A stretch of DNA of 64,000 bases, taken from NCBI GenBank assembly GCA_963716745.1, contig OY970320.1, positions 2,432,001 through 2,496,000 of the forward strand, read 5' to 3'. Positions within the stretch are counted from its first letter, which is position 1. Each line of letters begins with the position of its first letter. The position numbers and the translations under genes were made by a program. The notes under the pieces were generated by a model that was not told the origin of the DNA, did no database searches, and saw nothing but the letters and a program-made list of their open reading frames with translations. Shown piece by piece: positions 1 through 10,240 of this stretch. Source of the stretch: an uncultured Gemmatimonadaceae bacterium. GTDB lineage: Bacteria > Gemmatimonadota > Gemmatimonadetes > Gemmatimonadales > Gemmatimonadaceae.

Positions 1-1153
1 CACCTCGCCGATGTAGATCTGGCCGGCCTCGTGCTTCGAGGTATGCACCACCTTGAGCCGCGGCGAGTAGCCGAGCTGCATGGCCTGCTGCGTGAGCGAG
101 AACGCGCCCGAGATCAACGCCTGCGACGCGATGATCGCCGCGATGGTGGCGAGCGCCACCATCGGATAGAGCATCGGCTCCGGGATGAGCCGAAAGAACG
201 GGTTCGCCGCCGCCGAACCGTCGCGCAGCAACAGCGCGCCCTGTCCGAAATAGTTCAGCAGCAGGGCGGGCAGCCCGACGAAGAACCACGCCGCGCGAAT
301 GGGCCGGCGGCCGAAGTGGCCCATGTCGGCGTAGAGGGCCTCGGCGCCGGTGACGCACAGCACCACGGCGCCGAGCGTGAGGAAGCCGATCAGGCCGTTC
401 TCCACGAAGAATCGCGCGCCGTACCACGGATTGATCGCGCGCGAGGATCGCCGGCTCGCGCGCGATCTCCATCGTTCCAAAGATCCCGATGGCGCTGAAC
501 CAGACGAGCATGATCGGTCCGAACACCTTGCCGATGCGATCGGTGCCGAAGCGCTGCACGGCGAAGAGGAGGGCGAGGATCACGAGGCTGAACGGCACGA
601 CGAGGTGGGCGAGCAGCGGGCTCGCGACCTCGAGGCCTTCCACCGCGCCGAGCACCGAGATGGCGGGTGTGATGATGCCGTCGCCGTAGAGCAAGGCGGC
701 GCCGAAGAGTCCGAGCGTGGTGAGCACCATGAACGCGCGCTTGTGAAGGGGGTCCATGCGGCGCTGGATGAGCGCCAGCAGCGCGAGGATCCCGCCCTCG
801 CCTCCATTGTCGGCGCGCATGATGTAGAGGATGTACTTGAAGCTCACGACGAGCATCAGCGACCACAGGATGAGCGAGAGCACGCCATACACGTTCGACG
901 GCGTGGGCTCGAGGCCCAGCGTATGGCCGAAGCATTCCTTGAGCGCGTACAGCGGGCTCGTGCCAATGTCGCCATACACCACGCCAAGCGCCGTGAGCGA
1001 GAGGATGGCGAGCCGGCGGCCCACCGGTTTCACCTCCACCCTGTGCCGGTCGAACGCCTTGGGGAATGCGCCGGTGACGGGGAAGGTGGCGGTGGTGGTC
1101 GGGATCGCCGTCGGTGGGATCGGCGGCGTCTGCGGTCCGGTGGGCTCGCTCAT
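1..1153 (-). CDS. kup: Kup potassium uptake transporter (runs off the window edge; apparent 1-nt frameshift near 440)
   Basis: Manual translation from ATG at 1153 gives [25 protein letters not shown] and, after a frame change in a GC dinucleotide run, AINPWYG...[17 protein letters not shown], which are Kup signatures. The start overlaps the upstream stop (ATGA). Confidence 0.93.
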   Translation of the reverse strand, partial: MSEPTGPQTPPIPPTAIPTTTATFPVTGAFPKAFDRHRVEVKPVGRRLAILSLTALGVVYGDIGTSPLYALKECFGHTLGLEPTPSNVYGVLSLILWSLMLVVSFKYILYIMRADNGGEGGILALLALIQRRMDPLHKRAFMVLTTLGLFGAALLYGDGIITPAISVLGAVEGLEVASPLLAHLVVPFSLVILALLFAVQRFGTDRIGKVFGPIMLVWFSAIGIFGTMEIAREPAILARDQSVVRRAILRGERPDRLPHARRRGAVRHRRRGPLRRHGPLRPPAHSRGVVLRRAARPAAELFRTGRAVAARRFGGGEPVLSAHPGADALSDGGARHHRGDHRVAGVDLGRVLAHAAGHAARLLAAAQGGAYLEARGRPDLHRRG

Positions 1154-2139
1154 CTGGTGGCGGCGATCTCCGCGAGGGCGCGATGCACGTGCACGCGCAC
1201 CATCTCTTTGCGCCACGCGAGCGTGTAGTCGGTGTTGTCCATCGGTTTCGCGGGGCGATACGCGGCGTCGGCCGCGGCGGCAATGGCGTTCTCCTCGAGG
1301 CGCGAGCCGATGATCGCGGCGGCGGACTCGGGGATCTCCTGCGGATGCGAGGCGACCGCGCCGAGCACGATGCGGGCGTTCTTCACGATGCCATCGTTCG
1401 CGCGCGACACCCATGCGGCCACGCCGAGCACCGGGAAGTCGAACGAGCCGCGCCGGCGCAGCTTGTGATAGCTGGCGCGCCAGCCGTTCGGCGGCGGCAG
1501 ATGATATGACACGAGCAACTCATCGGGCTGCTTGGTGAGATAGGCGATGCCATCGTTCGCGTAGAGATCGGCGGCGGGCATGGTGCGCTCTCCGCGCGCG
1601 CTCGCGAGCGTCACCGAGGCGCCGATCGCGACGGCGACGGGCACTCCGTCGGAGCTTTGCACGGCCCAGCATCGCGGGCTCGATGGCGCCACCCAGCAGA
1701 TCTTGCCGTCCTTCTTCATGCAGTAGTCGATGGAGCGGCGCCATTCTTCCGTTTGATCGTAATAGTTGCAGCGCGTATCGAGGAGCAGGTTGCCGCCGAT
1801 GGTGCCCATGTGGCGCAGGGTGGGCGTACTCACCACCTCGGCCGCGTGCGCGACGGCGGCGTACTGCGCGCGCACCAGCGGGTGGCGCGCCACCGCTTCG
1901 AGCGACGCGCCGGCGCCGATCGTGACGCCGCCATCACTCGCGATGCGGATCTCGGCGAGTTCCTTGATGCGCGAGAGCGCGATCACCGTCGCGGGAGTCA
2001 TCTGGCGTCGTTTCATGTTCGGCCAGAGATCCGTGCCGCCGGCCACGTACATCGCATCATCGCCCGCGTCGGCCCGCGCACGCACCGCGTCGGCCAGCGT
2101 GCGCGGCTCCACAAGAGTGAAACGCGGCAGGCGCAGCAC
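1150..2139 (-). CDS. hcrB: FAD-binding subunit of a xanthine-oxidase-family Mo enzyme with [4Fe-4S] insertion (4-hydroxybenzoyl-CoA reductase beta-like)
   Basis: AGGTDL and TIGGN FAD motifs. Cys-rich insert DTRCNYYDQ...YCMKKDGKICWV...RCWAV is typical of HcrB/PaoB. Confidence 0.8.
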   Translation of the reverse strand: MLRLPRFTLVEPRTLADAVRARADAGDDAMYVAGGTDLWPNMKRRQMTPATVIALSRIKELAEIRIASDGGVTIGAGASLEAVARHPLVRAQYAAVAHAAEVVSTPTLRHMGTIGGNLLLDTRCNYYDQTEEWRRSIDYCMKKDGKICWVAPSSPRCWAVQSSDGVPVAVAIGASVTLASARGERTMPAADLYANDGIAYLTKQPDELLVSYHLPPPNGWRASYHKLRRRGSFDFPVLGVAAWVSRANDGIVKNARIVLGAVASHPQEIPESAAAIIGSRLEENAIAAAADAAYRPAKPMDNTDYTLAWRKEMVRVHVHRALAEIAATR

Positions 2140-4607
2140 TAGCGCGATCCCGCGGCGAGCGGTGCGTCCGCCGGGCCGCCCACTTCGCTGTGCGCGCGCT
2201 CGTCGGCCTCGCGGCCATCGCCGCCCTGCGCCGGCGTGAGAATGGGCGCGGCATCGGGGAACTTGTATTCGGGCACTTTGGTCGGACCGAAGCGCGGCGC
2301 CTTTCCCTTCTGCTTATCGCGCAGTGCGCGCAGCACCATGTGCGGTTGGCACGGCACGCAGTCCACGCGCACGCCCACGGCGTCGTACACCGCGTTCGCC
2401 ACCGCCGGCGGGATCGGCAGCAGCGGACCCTGGCCCACCTCCTTCGCGCCGAACGGACCGCCCGCCTCGGGCTCCTCGATCAGAATGGTCTCGACGTCGC
2501 ACATCTCCATCGTCGTGGGACTCTTGTACTCGAGCATGCTCGGGTGGTGGTGCACCACGTTCCGTTCGGCATCGCGATACGTCATCTCCTCCATGAGCGC
2601 TTCACCGAGGCCCATGTACACCGAGCCCTCCACCTGTCCGATCGCGAGCGTCGGATTGATCGCACGGCCAATGTCGTGCGCGATCCACACTTTGGGCACG
2701 CGCACGATGCCGGTGTCGGGATCCACTTCCACTTCGGCCACCGCGCACGAGTACGAGTACGCGGGCGACGGACCCACGCCCGCGCCCTTGTAGCGGCCCG
2801 GTGATTTCGGCGGCGTGTACGATCCCGTGCTGCCGATCGCGCCGAGCGCGCTCTCGGCGATGCGCACGGCTTCGGCGAATTCCATGCCGCGCTCGGGATC
2901 CTCGCTGTCGAACACGCGGCGGTGCGAGAAGACGATGCGCTCCATGGGCACGCCGAGTTTCTTTGCGACGGGTGCGGCGACTGCGTCGCGCGCGCGCTCG
3001 GCCGCCTGGATCGCGGCTTGTCCGGTCATGAGCGTGACGCGCGACGAGTACGAGCCGAGATCGACCGGCGTGAGGTCCGTGTCGCCGGTGACGACGCGAA
3101 CATCCACCACTTCGATGCCGAGTACTTCGGCGACGAACATCGCGAGCATCGTGTCCGAGCCCTGGCCGATGTCCGTGCTGCCGCAGAAGGCGGTGACGCC
3201 GCCCGAGCGGTCGAGCTTGAGCTGCACGCTCGAGTGCGGGAGCTGGTTCCAGTAGATGGGCAGATTCGCGCCGGAGATGTAGCTGGAGCAGGCGATGCCG
3301 ACGCCGCGGCCGAAGGGGAGTTTGCGGAACTTTTCGCGCCAGCCGCTGGCCTTCACTGCGGCGTCGATGGCCGGGCCGAGCCCCATGGAGCCGACGCGCA
3401 GCCAATTCGCGGTGACGCGAGTTCGCGGGCTGGAGGATCTTGCGGCGCATGTCGGCGGGATCGAGCTGCAGATGCTCGGCGATCTTGTCGAGCTGTACTT
3501 CCTGGCCGAAGCGCGGCTGCGGCGTGCCGTGGCCGCGCTTTGGGCCGCAGGGCGGTTTGTTCGTGAACGCGCGCAGCCCGCGGAAGCGGTACGCGGGGAT
3601 CTCGTACGTCACCGTTTGCAGCGCGCCCGTGTAGTACGTGCTCGCCACGCCGTAGCTGCCGTACGCGCCGCCGTCGAGGAAGGTCGCGAAGTCCATCGCG
3701 ACAATGCGGCCATCGTTCTTCACGCCGGTGCGCACGCGCATGAGCACTTGGTGGCGGCCGCGGTGGCAGAGGAACACTTCCTCGCGCGTGAGGCAGATCT
3801 TCACGGGGCGCCCGGTGCGGCGCGCGAGCTCGGCGACCACCACTTCGTGATTGAACGGATCGGATTTCCCGCCGAAGCCGCCACCGTTGGGCGTGGCGAT
3901 CACGCGCACGTGCGCCGCCGGCATCTCGAGCACGCGCGCGAGGGCGCGGTGCAGGTAATGGGGCGTCTGCGTGCTGCTCCACACCGTGAGCTTGCCATCG
4001 GTGCTCCACTGCGCGAGCGACGCGTGCTGCTCCATCGCGAGGTGCGTGTTCCCCTCGTAGAAGAACATGTCGTCGGCAATGTAGTCGGCGTTCTTCATCG
4101 CTTCGTCCACGCCGCCGAAATCGAGCGCGATCTCCTTGTGGATGTTGCCGCGGTCGGCGTACTCGTGGAGCTGCGGCGCTGGGTTCGCGATCGCGTCGTC
4201 AACGCTCTCGATACTCTTGAGAGGTTCGTACTCCACCTCGATGAGGCGGCACGCCTCTTCGGCGATCATCTCGTCGGTAGCGGCGACCGCCGCGATCGGA
4301 TCGCCCACGAAGCGCGCGACGTCCTGGCAGAGCGCGTGCTCGTCCTGCGAGATGGGAGGATGCCGAATGGAATAGGCAGCGCGTCGCCGGTGAGCACCGC
4401 GATCACGCCGGGCAGCGCGGACGCGCGGCGCGTATCGACGCGAATGATCTTCGCGTGCGCGTGGCGCGAGCGGTGCAGTTTGCAATGGAGCATGCGCGGC
4501 AGCACGAGATCGTCGGCGAACAATGTTTGGCCGGTGACCTTCGCGCCGCCGTCCACTTTCGCGGCCGGCGTGCCCACTACCTGGAACTTGCGCGGCGCGT
4601 CAGCCAC
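2139..4607 (-). CDS. hcrA: Molybdopterin-binding large subunit (4-hydroxybenzoyl-CoA reductase alpha-like); apparent frameshifts near 4355 and 3420
   Basis: Three consecutive ORF pieces (4266-4607, 2602-4485, 2139-3386) join into one XDH-family large subunit with GGGFGGK, RGHG, GSYSSRVT, GQVEG and GPFGAKE motifs. Confidence 0.8.
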
Positions 4608-5115
4608 GCGCGCTCTCCATCCAGCCGGCGGCGAGCTCCACCGCTTCGTAGATCTTCAGATAGCCCGTGCAGCGGCACAGATTGCCGGCGAGCGATTCCT
4701 TGATCTCCTCGCGCGAGGGATGCGGATTCGACGCGAGCAGCGCCTGCGCCGCGAGCAGGAACCCGGGCGTGCAATAGCCGCACTGCGCGGCGCCGAGCTC
4801 GGCGAAGGCCTGCTGCAGCGGATGCAGTACGCCGCCGTCGGCCATGCCTTCCACTGTCTCAATGCGGCGCTCGGCGTATTGCGACGCGAGCGCGAGACAG
4901 GAGAGAACGGGCGCGCCGTCCACGAGCACCGTGCACACGCCGCACTCGCCGAGCTCACAACCGTGCTTCGTGCCGGTGAGTGCGAGGTCCTCGCGAATGA
5001 CCTCGAGGAGCGTCTTGTTGGGAGCGAAGGCGATCTCGCGGCGCTCGCCATTCACTACGAACGCGGCGTGCGCAGTGGAGCGCGCAGGCGCCTCGATTTG
5101 GACAGGTTTCGGCAC
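4600..5115 (-). CDS. hcrC: [2Fe-2S] small subunit (HcrC/CoxS-like); start uncertain (5115 GTG or 5151)
   Basis: GTKHGCELGECGVCTV, QCGYCTPG and GNLCRCTGY motifs. Confidence 0.85.
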   Translation of the reverse strand: MPKPVQIEAPARSTAHAAFVVNGERREIAFAPNKTLLEVIREDLALTGTKHGCELGECGVCTVLVDGAPVLSCLALASQYAERRIETVEGMADGGVLHPLQQAFAELGAAQCGYCTPGFLLAAQALLASNPHPSREEIKESLAGNLCRCTGYLKIYEAVELAAGWMESARG

Positions 5116-5173
5116 GGGTAGAGGATGCCTATCCGGACGCGAGGCGGGCAAGGGCGGGGGCTCTAACTACACA

Positions 5174-5293
5174 GCCGGGAACCGGTTGCCGGGAACCGGT
5201 GAGGCATGACAACACATGGCATCACGACGTCGAGCAATGTCGTGATGCCATGTATTGTCATGCTTCATTGGTTCCCGGTAATCGGTTCCCGGT
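5174..5293. repeat. 120-bp palindromic element, copy 1 (57-nt arms, 6-nt loop, heptamer-module ends)
   Basis: Left arm gccgggaaccggttgccgggaaccggtgaggcatgacaacacatggcatcacgacgt is the near reverse complement of 5237-5293. Same architecture as 19901-20020. Confidence 0.9.
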
Positions 5294-5304
5294 AGTCCGC
5301 CGTT

Positions 5305-6528
5305 CTATTCGTACCGCAGTGCCGTGATCGGGTCCATCTGCGCCGCTCGTCTGGCCGGCCACACGCCGAATACCACGCCCACGAGCGCCGAGAACAGGAA
5401 CGCCAGGATCACGGATGCGGGCGCCACGTCGGTGTTCCAATGGAATCCGTATCGCATGCCGATCGCGCCACCGGCCCCAAGCAGGATGCCGAACGCGCCC
5501 CCGAGCACGCAGAGCACCACGGCCTCGATCAGGAACTGCAGCAGGATGTTCATCTTGGTGGCGCCGAGCGCCTTGCGCACGCCGATCTCGCGCGTGCGCT
5601 CGGTGACGGACACGAGCATGATGTTCATGATGCCGATGCCGCCCACGAGGAGACTTACCGCGGCGATGCCGCCGAGCAACAGGCCGAATACCTGCGTGGT
5701 GGACGACAGCGTGTTCAGGAAGTCGGCCTGACTGCGGATCTGGAAATCGTCGTCGCGCCCGCTGGGGATCCGGTGCTGCCGCCGCAGGATGCGCTCGATC
5801 TCGGTCATCGTCTCCGGGATCATCGCCTCGCTCGGCGCCACGACGCTGATCGTGCGCAGATAGATCGTGTCGAACACGCGGAAGCGCGCCGTGTTGATCG
5901 GGATCACGACCTGATCGTCCGGATCGTTGAAGCCGGCCGCGCCCTTCGTGTCGAAGATGCCGATCACCTGGAACTCGATGCCGCTGATGCGGATCATCTC
6001 GCCCACGAGCGCATTCGGTGCGCCGGGGGAGAGGTTGTTGGCTGTGGTGGCGCCCAGGACGGCGACGCGCTTGCGCCCCTCATCCTCCTGGGTCGTGAAC
6101 ATGCGGCCGTTCGCCGGCGCGACGGTGTACTTCCGCACGTCGCCGTAGTTCGCGGTCGCGCCGATGATCGTGGTGCTGGTATTCGTGCGGCGCCACTGCA
6201 CCTGCAGCGTGCGCGACATCTCGGGCTCGACCGCGAGGAAGAGCGTCCCCTGCTCCTGCAGCGCGGTGGCGTCATCCACCGGCAGTCGCGCGCGATCGCT
6301 GGACGACGCGATGCCGCCGGTGAACACCTGGCCGGGCACAACCGAGAGGAGCGTGGTGCCGAGCGCAGCGATCCGATCGTTCACGGCCTGCTGGGCGCCG
6401 CGCCCGAGCGCGACGACCGCGATCACGGCCGCCACGCCGATCACGATGCCGAGCATCGTGAGCGCCGACCGCAGCTTGTTCGCCCGAAGCGCGATGAGCG
6501 CGACGGCGATGGTCTCGCCGATCATCAT
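5305..6528 (-). CDS. MacB/FtsX-type ABC permease (no fused ATPase)
   Basis: LRSALTMLGIVIGVAAV and GGIGIMNIMLVSVTERTREIGVRKALGA motifs. Start ATG at 6528, next to the upstream stop. Confidence 0.93.
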   Translation of the reverse strand: MMIGETIAVALIALRANKLRSALTMLGIVIGVAAVIAVVALGRGAQQAVNDRIAALGTTLLSVVPGQVFTGGIASSSDRARLPVDDATALQEQGTLFLAVEPEMSRTLQVQWRRTNTSTTIIGATANYGDVRKYTVAPANGRMFTTQEDEGRKRVAVLGATTANNLSPGAPNALVGEMIRISGIEFQVIGIFDTKGAAGFNDPDDQVVIPINTARFRVFDTIYLRTISVVAPSEAMIPETMTEIERILRRQHRIPSGRDDDFQIRSQADFLNTLSSTTQVFGLLLGGIAAVSLLVGGIGIMNIMLVSVTERTREIGVRKALGATKMNILLQFLIEAVVLCVLGGAFGILLGAGGAIGMRYGFHWNTDVAPASVILAFLFSALVGVVFGVWPARRAAQMDPITALRYE

Positions 6529-6529
6529 G

Positions 6530-8170
6530 TTACGGATTCCCCGGGCGTGGCGCCGGCGGCGGCGCGGGCGGCGCCGCCTGCGTGGGAGTCGCGGCCGCGG
6601 CCGGCGTCGCGCCCTTCTGGCCGCCGCCACCGCCGCCGCCCGTCTTGGTGCCGCCGCCGGCGTTGCCCTGCTGGCTCACGCCGGGCAGCCCCATGCGGCT
6701 CTGGATGCGCGCCTGCAGATCCTGCCGCGCCGCCTGCAGCATCGCGGCGTTGATGAGCGCCACTTTGTCGCCCTCGGCGAGCCCGCTCAACACCTGCGTC
6801 ACGTCGTAGTTGCCGACGCCGAGAGTGAGGATCTTCGGCACATAGGTGCCATTCTGCTGGACGAACACAAGGCCCGGACGCGGGCGGGTATTGCCCGGGT
6901 TCGACTCCTCGCTGCCGCCCATCGCGAGCTGCGTGCCGCCGGCGCTGGTGCGCCGGAGCTGTGCGCACGCGCGCGCCGAGCCCGCATCGATGTGCAGCGT
7001 GTCGTACACCGCGCGCATCTTCGCGCCGAGCGCCTGCCGGTCGCCGCCGGCCTGCATCGAATCGCGCAGCGTCTGCATCTGCTTCTGTTGCGTAGGATGC
7101 TTGGCGATCACGGCGTTGATCGAATCGCACTGCGATTGCGACACGCTCACCGTGGCGGCGCTGCCCGCGCTGTCGCCGTTGCGGCGGCCGCCGCCGAGCG
7201 CGGCCATCACGGCGTTCACGTCCAGTCCGAGCGCCTTCGCGGCGGCGCGCGCGTCCTTCGGGCTGCGCACGGCGTCGTTCGGCACGGCGAGCGCGTTGTC
7301 CCGCTGCTCCACGAGGATCGACACGTCGCTGTTCATGCCGGGCATGAGCGCGCCATCCTGATTGTCGATCTTGATGAACACCGGGAACATCGTGACGCTC
7401 TGCTGCACCGTGGCCTGCGGCGAGATCTTCTGCACCGTGCCGCGGAAGACGCGATTGGGATACGCGTCCACCTTGATCGTGGCACTCTGCCCCGCCTTCA
7501 CGTTGCCGATGTCGCTCTCGGCCACGAGCGTGCTGTCCATGATCTGCGCGAGGTTGGCCATGACGAGCAGCGTCGTGCCGCCGCTCACATTGCCGGTCGC
7601 CGACGCGATCACCTGCCCCTCGGAGACGTCGCGCTCGATGACCGTGCCGGAGGCCGGCGCGCGAATCGTGACATCCTCGAGCGCGATGGACGCGTTGTCG
7701 AGATTGGTGCGCGCCGCCACGAGCTGCGACGACGCGTTCGCGTAGGCGAGTTGCGCGGCCTCCATGTCCGTCGATGTGAGAACGCCGTTCTTGAAGAGCG
7801 TCGAGTCGCGCATGAACTGTGTCTTCGTGACCGCAACGTTGGCCTCGGCGGCCTTCACCGCGGCGGCGGCCATATCGTACGTATTCTGCGGGATGCGCGG
7901 GTCGATCTTCACGAGGAGCGCGCCGGTCTTCACCAGCGAGCCCGACTCGACGTAGATCTTGAGCACGGTGCCGGAGGCCTTGGACTTCACCTGCACGGGA
8001 TTGATCGGCGTGACGACGCCGGTCGCCTCGACATCGACCACGATGTCCTGGCGCATGACCTGGGCGGTCTGCACGACGGGGCCGGTGGGCGCCTTGCTCT
8101 TGCAGCCGGCGGCGGCGAACGCGACGACCAGGAGGGAGATGGTGCGCTTCTTCACGTGGCGGATCCTCAC
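6530..8170 (-). CDS. Periplasmic adaptor (MacA/HlyD-family membrane fusion protein), probable lipoprotein with helical insert and Gly/Pro-rich tail
   Basis: VQVKSKASGTV, IRAPASGTV, VAESDIGNVKAGQ and LMPGMN MFP motifs; lipobox AAAGC. Confidence 0.9.
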   Translation of the reverse strand: MRIRHVKKRTISLLVVAFAAAGCKSKAPTGPVVQTAQVMRQDIVVDVEATGVVTPINPVQVKSKASGTVLKIYVESGSLVKTGALLVKIDPRIPQNTYDMAAAAVKAAEANVAVTKTQFMRDSTLFKNGVLTSTDMEAAQLAYANASSQLVAARTNLDNASIALEDVTIRAPASGTVIERDVSEGQVIASATGNVSGGTTLLVMANLAQIMDSTLVAESDIGNVKAGQSATIKVDAYPNRVFRGTVQKISPQATVQQSVTMFPVFIKIDNQDGALMPGMNSDVSILVEQRDNALAVPNDAVRSPKDARAAAKALGLDVNAVMAALGGGRRNGDSAGSAATVSVSQSQCDSINAVIAKHPTQQKQMQTLRDSMQAGGDRQALGAKMRAVYDTLHIDAGSARACAQLRRTSAGGTQLAMGGSEESNPGNTRPRPGLVFVQQNGTYVPKILTLGVGNYDVTQVLSGLAEGDKVALINAAMLQAARQDLQARIQSRMGLPGVSQQGNAGGGTKTGGGGGGGQKGATPAAAATPTQAAPPAPPPAPRPGNP

Positions 8171-9474
8171 AGTTCGCGACCGATCAGCGCTTCGAGCTGC
8201 GCTTTGGCCACGCGGTAGTTGAAGCGCGCCTGGATGAGCAGGAAGCGCGCCTGATTCAAAGTGGTCTGGGATGTCAGAGCGTCGAGGATCGTCCCCGCGC
8301 CGAGTTGGTACCGCTGCTGCTGCACGCGGAGGTCTTCCTCTGCCGCGGCGACGGAGACGAGCTGGATCCTGATCTGCTCCTGCGCCGTCTGCAGCGCGCC
8401 GAGGTACTGCACGAGACTCTGCTGCGCCGCGAACTTGGTGTCGCGCAGCGTCGCATCGGCGATCATCGCGGTCACGTCGGCCGCGACGATGCTCGATTCA
8501 CGCTGCCACTGGTTGAAGATCGGGAAGGACGCCGAGAAGCGGAGCTGCCCGCTGTACGAGTAATCGCTCGGCGAGAAGCTGAACACGCTGTCGGCGGCCA
8601 CGCGGTTGCGGCCGTACGACATGGAGATCGTGGGGAACCACTGCGAGCGCGCCGCCTGCGATCCGCTCTTGGCCGCCTCGAGCGACGCCGTGGCCTGTTG
8701 TACGAGCGGGCCCACCGCCGCATACTGCGCGATCTGCGCGCTGTCGGCCGCGAGCTGCGGCTGCCCGAGCGTGTCGGACGGGATCGCCGTCACGGTGATC
8801 TTGGTGGCCACGAGACGCGTGAGCGCCGCGTTGGCCGTTTGCAGATCGTTGTTCGCGGTGAGGATGCCGAGCTGCGCGTTGCCCACCTGGATGAGCGAGC
8901 GCAGCGAATCCGATTTAATGGCCGTCTTCGCCTGCACCATCAGCACGGACATCTTCATCTGCTGATTGGCCTGGTCGAGCGCGGCCTCGGCGTCGCGCTT
9001 CTCCTCCAGCGCGGCGAGCACGGCGTAGTACTGCTGCTTCACGAGATACGCGATCTGCCAGTTCTGCGCGTTCTCACCCGCGACCGCGGCGCCGAGATTC
9101 GCTCGCGCCTGCGAGATGTCGAAGATGCGCCGGCCGCCATCGAAGAGATCGAGTGCGAAGTTGAAGCCTTGCGTGGTCTGCCACTTGCCCGAGATCACCT
9201 GGCCGGTGGTGGTGTTCACGCGGCTCGAGGCGGGGCTGAGCGACGAACTGGAGGTGTTCACCGTGAGGCTTGGGATGAACGCCGACCAGGCCGAGTGCAC
9301 GCCGGCCTCGGAATTCTGGATGCCCCCGCGCGCGGTGACCGTGGCCGGATTGTTCTTCACGGCCAACTGGATCGCTTCGCTGAGTGGGATCGGATGTGCG
9401 CCGGTATCCGGTGCGACCTGCGCGGACAGGGGCGCCGCGGCGAACACCGCGAGCGCCAGATAGCGGGATCTCAC
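8167..9474 (-). CDS. TolC-family outer membrane efflux protein
   Basis: Signal peptide; OEP repeats (LDLFDGG, FPIFN, RYQLGAGTILD). Confidence 0.9.
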   Translation of the reverse strand: MRSRYLALAVFAAAPLSAQVAPDTGAHPIPLSEAIQLAVKNNPATVTARGGIQNSEAGVHSAWSAFIPSLTVNTSSSSLSPASSRVNTTTGQVISGKWQTTQGFNFALDLFDGGRRIFDISQARANLGAAVAGENAQNWQIAYLVKQQYYAVLAALEEKRDAEAALDQANQQMKMSVLMVQAKTAIKSDSLRSLIQVGNAQLGILTANNDLQTANAALTRLVATKITVTAIPSDTLGQPQLAADSAQIAQYAAVGPLVQQATASLEAAKSGSQAARSQWFPTISMSYGRNRVAADSVFSFSPSDYSYSGQLRFSASFPIFNQWQRESSIVAADVTAMIADATLRDTKFAAQQSLVQYLGALQTAQEQIRIQLVSVAAAEEDLRVQQQRYQLGAGTILDALTSQTTLNQARFLLIQARFNYRVAKAQLEALIGREL

Positions 9475-9839
9475 TTGCGATTGGCCTCCGAGGCGCGATC
9501 GTGTTCCGCCATCAACTCCTGGAATCGCTTCTGCTGGTCGGGGTTCAAGATGCCCATGATCTGCTTACGCGCGGCGATGCGCGCGGAGTCGAGCTGCGGC
9601 TTCACGGGCGCGGCGATCTTGGTCATCACCATGCGCCGCTCGTCCAGGATGGAATCGAGCTGCGCCGTCTGCGCGGCCGAGAGGTCCAGTTGCGCGGCGA
9701 TGTAATGGCGCATCGCGCCGGGCGCCCCGGGGGCGTCGGCGCGCGCGTCGATGAGGTGGCCGGCGGCGAAGCCAAGGGCTCCGCCGGTCACTAATGCGCC
9801 GGCCAGCAGTGCGAGCGCGATCTCTTTGGGACGTTGCAT
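9471..9839 (-). CDS. Spy/CpxP/ZraP-like periplasmic helical protein
   Basis: N-terminal TM/signal and LDLSAAQ...ILNPDQQKRF (LTxxQ-like motifs). Lies between the anti-sigma and TolC genes. Confidence 0.6.
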   Translation of the reverse strand: MQRPKEIALALLAGALVTGGALGFAAGHLIDARADAPGAPGAMRHYIAAQLDLSAAQTAQLDSILDERRMVMTKIAAPVKPQLDSARIAARKQIMGILNPDQQKRFQELMAEHDRASEANRK

Positions 9840-9852
9840 GAACGGTATCCGG

Positions 9853-10239
9853 TCAGGGCGTGAGGACATAACGGAGCACCGCCTCGTTGTCCGGCTTCGA
9901 GCCGGCGACAGCGCTCAACTGGGCAAGCGGAGGGTTCTCGTGGAGGAGCAACGCCTCGAGCTCCGTGCGCTCGCGCGTCTCGCGCGCGCGCCACAGCGTG
10001 GCGCCGGCCACCATCATGGCGAGGGCCGCCGCGATGAGACCGGGCGTCGCCCAGCGCGAGAGCGACAGCCACCACGAATCGGCGGCGTCGCCCGCGGGAG
10101 CGCCCGCGACGCGCGCGAGCACGCGGCGCTCGAGTTCGCTCCAATAGGCCTCGCCCTCCGGCGCCGCGTACATCCGGCGCAGAGCGCGGGTCACGTCGTC
10201 GTCGCGGCCCTCGGGCCCGATCCGATAGTCATCGCTCAT
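9853..10239 (-). CDS. Putative single-TM anti-sigma factor
   Basis: Immediately downstream of the ECF sigma; one TM helix (WATPGLIAAALAMMVAGATLW). Confidence 0.6.
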   Translation of the reverse strand: MSDDYRIGPEGRDDDVTRALRRMYAAPEGEAYWSELERRVLARVAGAPAGDAADSWWLSLSRWATPGLIAAALAMMVAGATLWRARETRERTELEALLLHENPPLAQLSAVAGSKPDNEAVLRYVLTP

Positions 10240-10240
10240 T

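Noticed and set aside
5165..5300. Short peptides such as GNRLPGTGEA at ORF ends here and near 19990-20020
   Set aside because: They are translations of the non-coding palindromic element, not genes.
3295..8218. Long plus-strand ORFs (e.g. 3295-5121, 6164-8218) and similar antisense ORFs throughout the window
   Set aside because: They are shadow ORFs of high-GC minus-strand genes: Arg/Ala-rich and without domain motifs.
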